The translations under genes and the position numbers were made by a program. A stretch of DNA of 64,000 nucleotides, from positions 2,016,001-2,080,000 of the forward strand of contig CAWETI010000003.1 in the NCBI GenBank assembly GCA_963812015.1. The letters run 5' to 3'. Shown one piece after another: positions 58,598 to 64,000 of this stretch; position 1 is the first letter of the stretch; every line of letters starts with the position of its first letter. Below the pieces are notes generated by a model. The model saw only the letters and a program-made list of their open reading frames with translations, ran no database searches and was not told where the DNA came from. Origin of the DNA: an uncultured delta proteobacterium (GTDB taxonomy: Bacteria; Desulfobacterota; Desulfobaccia; Desulfobaccales; 0-14-0-80-60-11).

Positions 58598-60046
58598 ATG
58601 ACAACCAAGAAAAGCAATCCAGATAGCAACCGAACTGCGAAGAAAACACCTTCACCTGAAAATAAAAAAACATCCACAAAAACTACTAAAAAGGCCACAC
58701 CAGACAAGAGGACACCAACCTCTGACAAGGCAGCCCCAGAGAAGCCAGAGAAAAAAATTGGGTTACAGTTAAACTGGAACCGTGCAATTCATATTGATAC
58801 AAGCATAGATGAAACATTACTAAAGACACTTACTCCATCCATATTGAACCTCAATCAAGAAAGCACAGACCCAATCACGATCGGCATTGATAGTCCTGGA
58901 GGTAGTATCGCAGCCATGCAGTCCCTTTTCGGTTTATTGAAGGCACCCGACCAAGATGGTAATAGGACACAAATATATACCGTATCAACTAATAGGACAT
59001 ATAGTGCTGCTGCCAGTTTGCTCGCTTTTGGAGATTACTCAGTGGCATATCCGCATTCGAAAATTCTCTATCATGATTTGCGCTATTCTGGTATCGAGGA
59101 TGTGACGCCTTCGAAGGCATTACGAACGGCTCGCGAATTAGAAAGAGGTAATATAGAGTTTTCACTGGACCTTGCGAACCAAGTTTGTTGGCGCTTCATT
59201 TGGGTCTATTTGTCTCTAAAAAAGAATTTTGCAATTGATAGAAAACGCTATACTGATTTTGCAAAAAAACAAGACGAAGCTTTTGCAGATGCATTACCAT
59301 CAGACGAAAATCGCACTATTGACATAGTTGGATTTTCTTTATCTTTATTTCGTAAACTATCTAATCCTATTGGTAATGAAATTGCTATAGGAGCGTTACA
59401 TCTTCTCAACAAATGGATGCAAATTGATAAGATCGAGAGGCGACTATTCATTGATAAGGAAGGTAAAGGCGAAACTACGGACTTGATAAAGGGAATTAAT
59501 GATCTAGTAACCGGGATTCGAGCCATGGATTCAAGCAGTCAAGAGTCAGCGCAGTCCCCTGAGCCTACTCAGATTGATGGCCTGAGCGAATCTGCCCGGA
59601 CGGAAATAAAGCTTTTGTTTGAAGTGATCGCAAGACGCTTCGCGACCGAGGGTCATCTTAACCTCAGTTCGGATGTCTTTGATAGTATCATGGAAGAATT
59701 TGCTTTTATAAAAGATATCAATAGCAAAAAACATGTGGATGCTATTACTGATTTGATGATTGATCACGACCATATATTTTTTGGGCGTTCAATTGCCGCA
59801 GAACTAAAGAATGCAAAAGGCGATACTGAGCGTCGTGGGATACTCGATCCCGTATATCCCCAGGCTCGAATGTTTTGGTTTTATATTGTTTCGATCTGTA
59901 GATGTTTATGCATTGGAGAGCACAGGCTTACACCATACGATGCTCAGTTACTTGGTCTTGTAGATGAGGTGTTAGGCGGCGGCTTTATTGAAAGTAGGCG
60001 GGAATGGAGAAAAAAGCAACCAGATTATGTTCAAACCAGGGATTAA
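58598..60046 (+). CDS. AT-rich ClpP-superfamily serine protease-like protein with a large insertion
   Basis: ITIGIDSPGGS, YSAAA, ILYH in the first third; LTPYDAQLLGLVDEV near the C-terminus; RBS GGAGG before ATG 58598. Confidence 0.72.
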   Translation: MTTKKSNPDSNRTAKKTPSPENKKTSTKTTKKATPDKRTPTSDKAAPEKPEKKIGLQLNWNRAIHIDTSIDETLLKTLTPSILNLNQESTDPITIGIDSPGGSIAAMQSLFGLLKAPDQDGNRTQIYTVSTNRTYSAAASLLAFGDYSVAYPHSKILYHDLRYSGIEDVTPSKALRTARELERGNIEFSLDLANQVCWRFIWVYLSLKKNFAIDRKRYTDFAKKQDEAFADALPSDENRTIDIVGFSLSLFRKLSNPIGNEIAIGALHLLNKWMQIDKIERRLFIDKEGKGETTDLIKGINDLVTGIRAMDSSSQESAQSPEPTQIDGLSESARTEIKLLFEVIARRFATEGHLNLSSDVFDSIMEEFAFIKDINSKKHVDAITDLMIDHDHIFFGRSIAAELKNAKGDTERRGILDPVYPQARMFWFYIVSICRCLCIGEHRLTPYDAQLLGLVDEVLGGGFIESRREWRKKQPDYVQTRD

Positions 60047-60067
60047 TGTTAAGATAGGAAATAGAGA

Positions 60068-61147
60068 ATGCGCAGAAAACACGAAGACTTCCATGACGGG
60101 GCCCAGGATGGCTTGACTCCCCTGGAGCCCCTGGATGTGAATGACATTCAGGATTTTGACGAGTTGCTGGCAGCCATGGGCCGCACCGCGTTTGGCGGCC
60201 GCAGTCTGGGAGAGGCCGCCGAGGTCTTGACCCAGATGGTGCGGGACCCGGAGTGCACCATGGTCGGCACCTTTTCCGGGGCCATGAGCGTCGCCAAGAT
60301 GGGCCTCATGATCTGCGAGATGATCGACCGGGGTTGGCTCCAGGTGATCATTACCACCGGGGCCCTCATCGCCCACGGCTTCATCGAGACCCTGGGCCGG
60401 GTGCACTATAAATACCCGGAGCAGGTGCCGGACCGGCAACTCTTCCAGCAGGGCTACAACCGCATCTATGACACCCTGGAGATGGAAGCCAACCTGGATT
60501 ATGCCGAAGACGTGTTCCGGGCCGTGTTGGAGAGGTTAGACCCTGAGGAGACCTGGTCCTCCGCCAGCCTCTGCCGGGAGTTGGGGAAGTATCTGGCGGA
60601 ACAGAGCGACAACCCCGGAATCTTGCGATCCGCCTATCTGAAGGGGGTGCCGGTATTCATCCCGGCCTTCACCGATTCGGAATTGGGTTTGGACCTGGCG
60701 GGGTTCATGGTGCGGCGGGCTTTGGCGGCCGGCCAGAACATCGGCGAGGCCCTGGGGTCCCTTTCCCTGAAATTCAATCCCTTTCTGGACCTGGGCGCTT
60801 ATGCGCAAAAGGCCCTGGCGGCCCCGAAACTGGGAATTTTTACCGTGGGCGGAGGCGTCCCCCGGAACTGGGCCCAGCAGGTGGCGCCCTATCTGGAACT
60901 GCTGCATAGCCGCCTGAACCTGGATCTACCGGAAGTGCGATTTCACTATGGCGTGCGGCTCTGTCCGGAGCCGGCCCATTGGGGGGGGCTGAGCGGCTGC
61001 ACCTTCAAGGAGGGGGTCTCCTGGGGCAAATTTGTCTCCCCGGAGGATGGCGGCCGTTACGCCGAGGTGCTGTGCGACGCCACCATCGCCTGGCCCCTCC
61101 TCCTGAAGGGCGTCAGCCAGCGTCTTGCCAAAGCGCCACCGGCTTAA
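60068..61147 (+). CDS. Deoxyhypusine synthase-like protein (probable homospermidine synthesis)
   Basis: TAFGGR, SGAM, TGALIAH, NRIYD, PAFTDSELG, GGGVPRNW, GGLSGCT..EGVSWGK, DATIAWP. Confidence 0.9.
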   Translation: MRRKHEDFHDGAQDGLTPLEPLDVNDIQDFDELLAAMGRTAFGGRSLGEAAEVLTQMVRDPECTMVGTFSGAMSVAKMGLMICEMIDRGWLQVIITTGALIAHGFIETLGRVHYKYPEQVPDRQLFQQGYNRIYDTLEMEANLDYAEDVFRAVLERLDPEETWSSASLCRELGKYLAEQSDNPGILRSAYLKGVPVFIPAFTDSELGLDLAGFMVRRALAAGQNIGEALGSLSLKFNPFLDLGAYAQKALAAPKLGIFTVGGGVPRNWAQQVAPYLELLHSRLNLDLPEVRFHYGVRLCPEPAHWGGLSGCTFKEGVSWGKFVSPEDGGRYAEVLCDATIAWPLLLKGVSQRLAKAPPA

Positions 61148-61167
61148 GCAAAACCCGATACGATCCC

Positions 61168-61293
61168 TCAGGACATACTGGTACCCAGGATCGCGATGCC
61201 GGCGATGACCGCGATGACGATCAGCGCCACCCATATCGCCAGTCTCTCGATGTTGATCCGGGAGCCGCCCTGCAAATACTTTGCGTAGTCCAT
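61168..61293 (-). CDS. 41-aa single-TM small protein, Flp pilin-like
   Basis: MDYAKYLQGGSRINIERLAIWVALIVIAVIAGIAILGTSMS; RBS GAGGG; too short for the ORF track. Confidence 0.6.
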   Translation of the reverse strand: MDYAKYLQGGSRINIERLAIWVALIVIAVIAGIAILGTSMS

Positions 61294-61678
61294 GGCCCAC
61301 CCTCTTGGTGTGGTTTTCCTTTTCCCTCACCATAGTGCCGTCGCTTGAGCCTGACAATAAGGATTTCCCTGATTTTGTAGGGCAAGAATCCTGAATTTTT
61401 CCCAGGGCTTCAAGAGATGGGCCGGCGCGCTTAACCTCGAAATCTCAGGAAAAGCCATCGCCGGGGGCAGGGGGCAAACAGCTGCACGAGGCGCAACTGC
61501 AGAGTTTTTCTTCCTTGATGGTGTGGTAGTAGGATAGGCGCAAGGCCTGGCGGCGCAGGTCGGTCATAATGAGCGGTTAGCCGTCAGCTTTCAGCAAAAA
61601 CCTCGAGGTGGTGAAGTGCAGGGTGCTCACGGCTCAGCTTGCCGGTCTCGATCAACTGCTGGGGATGAGGTCGGCAGA

Positions 61679-62437
61679 TTATTTCCCTCCCGGAAAAATA
61701 AACTTTTTCAGCCGGTCGAAATATGTCCTGCCCCCCACCACATAGGTGTCATTGTGGTGGGCCCCGGGGATGATGTAGAGATCCTTGGGGGAGTTGGCCG
61801 CGGCAAAAAGGCGCCGGCCCATGGCCACGGGGATGATCTCGTCGTCGGCGCCGTGGATGATGAGCACCGGCACCTTAACTTGATCAATTTTGCCCAGGTT
61901 GTCATAGGGGACCCGGGGGCGCCAGTCGAACAGAAAGGGGGCGAGCATTTTGGCCATGCCCGAGGAGTTGGTGAAGGCCGACTCCAGGATCAACCCCCGG
62001 CAGGGCTTTTGTATGGCCAGGTCCGTGGCCAGGGCGGTGCCCAGGGAGCGGCCGAACAGGATGATCTCTGCTGCCGGTATTTGCCGGGTCTCGGCCACGC
62101 AGCGGTAGGCCGCGGCCGCATCCCTGAAGGTGCCCTCCCGGCTGATGCGACCCTGGGAGCGGCCGTACTCCCGGTAGTCGAAAATAAAGACCTGGACCCC
62201 CACCAGATCATGGAGCAGTTTGATATTTTCCAGGCGGTGGCTGATGTTGCCGGCGTTGCCGTGGAACCACACGAAAACCGGGGCCCCGGCCCGGGGCACA
62301 AACCAGCCGTGGAGCTTCACGCCGTCGGCGGACTCAAAGAAAACGTCCTCGTATGTTAGGCCGAAATCCGCTGGGGTGCCGACGAGGACAGGGTCGGGGA
62401 AAAAGACGATCCCCTTTTCGGAAAACTCCAGGATCAT
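61679..62437 (-). CDS. Alpha/beta hydrolase (ABHD13/Bem46-like)
   Basis: FHGNAGN, FDYREYG, GRSLG, HGADDEII, HND. Confidence 0.9.
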   Translation of the reverse strand: MILEFSEKGIVFFPDPVLVGTPADFGLTYEDVFFESADGVKLHGWFVPRAGAPVFVWFHGNAGNISHRLENIKLLHDLVGVQVFIFDYREYGRSQGRISREGTFRDAAAAYRCVAETRQIPAAEIILFGRSLGTALATDLAIQKPCRGLILESAFTNSSGMAKMLAPFLFDWRPRVPYDNLGKIDQVKVPVLIIHGADDEIIPVAMGRRLFAAANSPKDLYIIPGAHHNDTYVVGGRTYFDRLKKFIFPGGK

Positions 62438-62630
62438 GGCGGTCTCGTGTGCTCGACGCGGGGTTACTGCCCGGCTGCCCCGGGCCGGGTCAGGCTGAGC
62501 CTGCTGCATATTCTTTGGAATTGTGGAGGATAATACCAGGTTGCACGCTAAAAGTAACTCCTGGTAACGCAGGCTGGAGCCGGCGCCGGCGAGAGGCCCG
62601 GCCACCGGGAAAAACCGCCCCATTGGACTC

Positions 62631-62761
62631 TAGGGGCGGTTCGCGAACCGCCCCTCCATAAAAAATATAAGGGATTGGGAGAGTTCTTTGTAAGGGTAAG
62701 GGCAGGGGCCGCCCTTACGGAAAATACGAAATACGAAAAGCCCTTGGCCCCCTCTCCCAAC
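62631..62761. repeat. GTAG-type REP (62631-62655) plus dispersed repeat copy C (62668-62761)
   Basis: TAGGGGCGGTTCGCGAACCGCCCCT followed by a sequence similar to 33032-33102, with an internal AAATACG duplication. Confidence 0.7.
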
Positions 62762-62771
62762 TCCACTTATC

Positions 62772-63449
62772 TCACGGCTTGCAGCTCCGGCAGGGGCTAT
62801 AGCCCAGGAGGTAGGCCTCTTTCAGCGACGTGAAGCGCACCCGGTTGGCCGAGGCCATCTGGGCGCCCTGGGGACACTTGGGCCGGTGCAGACGCAAGGT
62901 AGTGCGGTTTCCCAGGTAGGAAGGCTCATCCTGCTTGAGCAGTTTCTGCCACACCCCCCGCTGGGCCTCGATGGCCTCCCGTTGGGCCGCCAGCAGGTCC
63001 TCCCGGTAGCGCAGGTTGGGAGCAATGAAATAGACCCGGGCCAGGCCCCGCCGCACCAGCTCGGCGTTCACCAGGGTGCGGTCCGGCAGCCTAAGGTAGG
63101 CCAGGAGGCGCCCGTAGTGATCATAGCGCACCTGGTCGTACTCCAGGCTGATCATGCGGTTGAGGGTCAGGTCGGTGAGAACCGCTTTGGCCTGGTGGGC
63201 CAGGAAATCCGCCGGCTGCCCGTCCCGCTCCATCTCCGGGGCATCGATACCCAGCACCCGAACCTTGATGGCGCCCACCAGCACCAGGGTGTCCCCGTCA
63301 ATGACCCGCACCACCATAGCTTCCTGAGGCGGCCGGAAGCGTTCCTCCCCGCAGGCGCCCAGCAGCAGACTGCACGCGGCCAGGAGCATCAGGTTAGAAA
63401 TTAAGGCTCGCCACCACGGGGAGGTTTTCCTGTTTGAGTCTTGCCGCAA
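62772..63449 (-). CDS. Thermonuclease (SNase) family lipoprotein with C-terminal Ada-like metal-binding domain (start may be 63389)
   Basis: LLGAC lipobox, [30 protein letters not shown]...PCRSC. Confidence 0.88.
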   Translation of the reverse strand: MRQDSNRKTSPWWRALISNLMLLAACSLLLGACGEERFRPPQEAMVVRVIDGDTLVLVGAIKVRVLGIDAPEMERDGQPADFLAHQAKAVLTDLTLNRMISLEYDQVRYDHYGRLLAYLRLPDRTLVNAELVRRGLARVYFIAPNLRYREDLLAAQREAIEAQRGVWQKLLKQDEPSYLGNRTTLRLHRPKCPQGAQMASANRVRFTSLKEAYLLGYSPCRSCKP

Positions 63450-63999
63450 AGTAGGGAATGGTCTCCTTCAGACCGGCTTCCAGGGGCACGGTGGGCTGCC
63501 AGTCCAGCAACTCCCGGGCCCGGGTGATGTCAGGGCGACGCCGCCCCGGATCGTCCGGCGGTAGGGGCCGGTGGATAATGGCCGCCTGGGTGTTGATCAA
63601 ACTCAGGACCTTTTGGGCCACTTCCATGATGGTGTATTCCCCGGGGTTGCCCAGGTTGACGGGATCGGACACGCCGTCTCGATTCATCAGGCGGATCAGC
63701 CCTTCCACCAGGTCGGACACATAGCAGAACGACCGGGTCTGCTGCCCTTCCCCATAGATGGTGATGTCTTTCCCGGTGAGGGCCTGAACGATGAAATTGC
63801 TGATCACCCGGCCGTCTTCCAGGGCCATCCGGGGACCGAAGGTGTTGAAGATCCGGGCGATCCGGGTGTCCACCCCATTCTGGCGGTGATAGTCCATCAT
63901 CAGGGTTTCCGCCACCCGTTTGCCTTCATCATAGCAACTCCGTATACCGATGGGGTTGACGTTTCCCCAATAGCCCTCCGGCTGGGGATGAACCTGGGG
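63394..63999 (-). CDS. UDP-glucuronate decarboxylase (NAD-dependent epimerase/dehydratase), 5'-truncated by the window edge
   Basis: Frame is open to the edge: [62 protein letters not shown]. Confidence 0.92.
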   Translation of the reverse strand, partial: PQVHPQPEGYWGNVNPIGIRSCYDEGKRVAETLMMDYHRQNGVDTRIARIFNTFGPRMALEDGRVISNFIVQALTGKDITIYGEGQQTRSFCYVSDLVEGLIRLMNRDGVSDPVNLGNPGEYTIMEVAQKVLSLINTQAAIIHRPLPPDDPGRRRPDITRARELLDWQPTVPLEAGLKETIPYFAARLKQENLPVVASLNF

Positions 64000-64000
64000 G

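Noticed and set aside
60044..60060. Integron attC site after the ClpP-like gene
   Set aside because: GTTAAGA does not fit GTTRRRY, there is no inverse core or palindrome, and there is no integrase.
61465..61510. c-di-GMP-I riboswitch-like GGCAAAC...GGCGCAA
   Set aside because: It lacks the GAAA-capped stem and P3 receptor, and is on the strand opposite the nearby small gene.
1..64000. CRISPR array, rRNA, tRNA, transposase, prophage
   Set aside because: I saw no regularly spaced repeat-spacer units or diagnostic motifs; the repeats found are dispersed or short-period.

Overview
GC-rich bacterial DNA from an anaerobe. Gene content (Hdr/Mvh/Fdh, CCG-domain proteins, three sigma54 activators, TauE transporters) suggests Desulfobacterota, possibly Desulfobacca-like; this is inference. 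In order: (1) an hdrA-mvhD-fdhB-like-fdhA cluster plus an HdrD/HdrF-like gene. Three of these genes are split in the ORF track by in-frame TGA codons that sit at conserved Cys positions and are followed by SECIS-like hairpins, so they are selenoproteins. (2) treY/treZ, a ROK kinase, an M50 protease and an Mla-type ABC system. (3) A nitrogen locus: NifA-like activator, glnA, amtB, glnK, then a split glutamate synthase with an MvhD-like gene and a motif-degenerate second FMN subunit. (4) A TauE gene with a Rex-like operator, ogt, and a GltD-CCG fusion. (5) A sigma54-driven operon for a Tat-less Psr/Phs-type molybdoenzyme whose 1131-aa partner carries a HydB/NuoF module stripped of its flavin and NADH motifs. 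(6) An arsenosugar-type radical SAM/glycosyltransferase cluster with one gene inverted. (7) An MtrA-like/thymidylate-synthase/DUF4346 mosaic gene. (8) speB and a deoxyhypusine-synthase-like gene separated by an AT-rich ClpP-like gene with a very large internal insertion. Several small dispersed repeat families occur between genes. I saw no rRNA, tRNA, CRISPR array or transposase. All family calls come from motif recognition by eye, not database searches.
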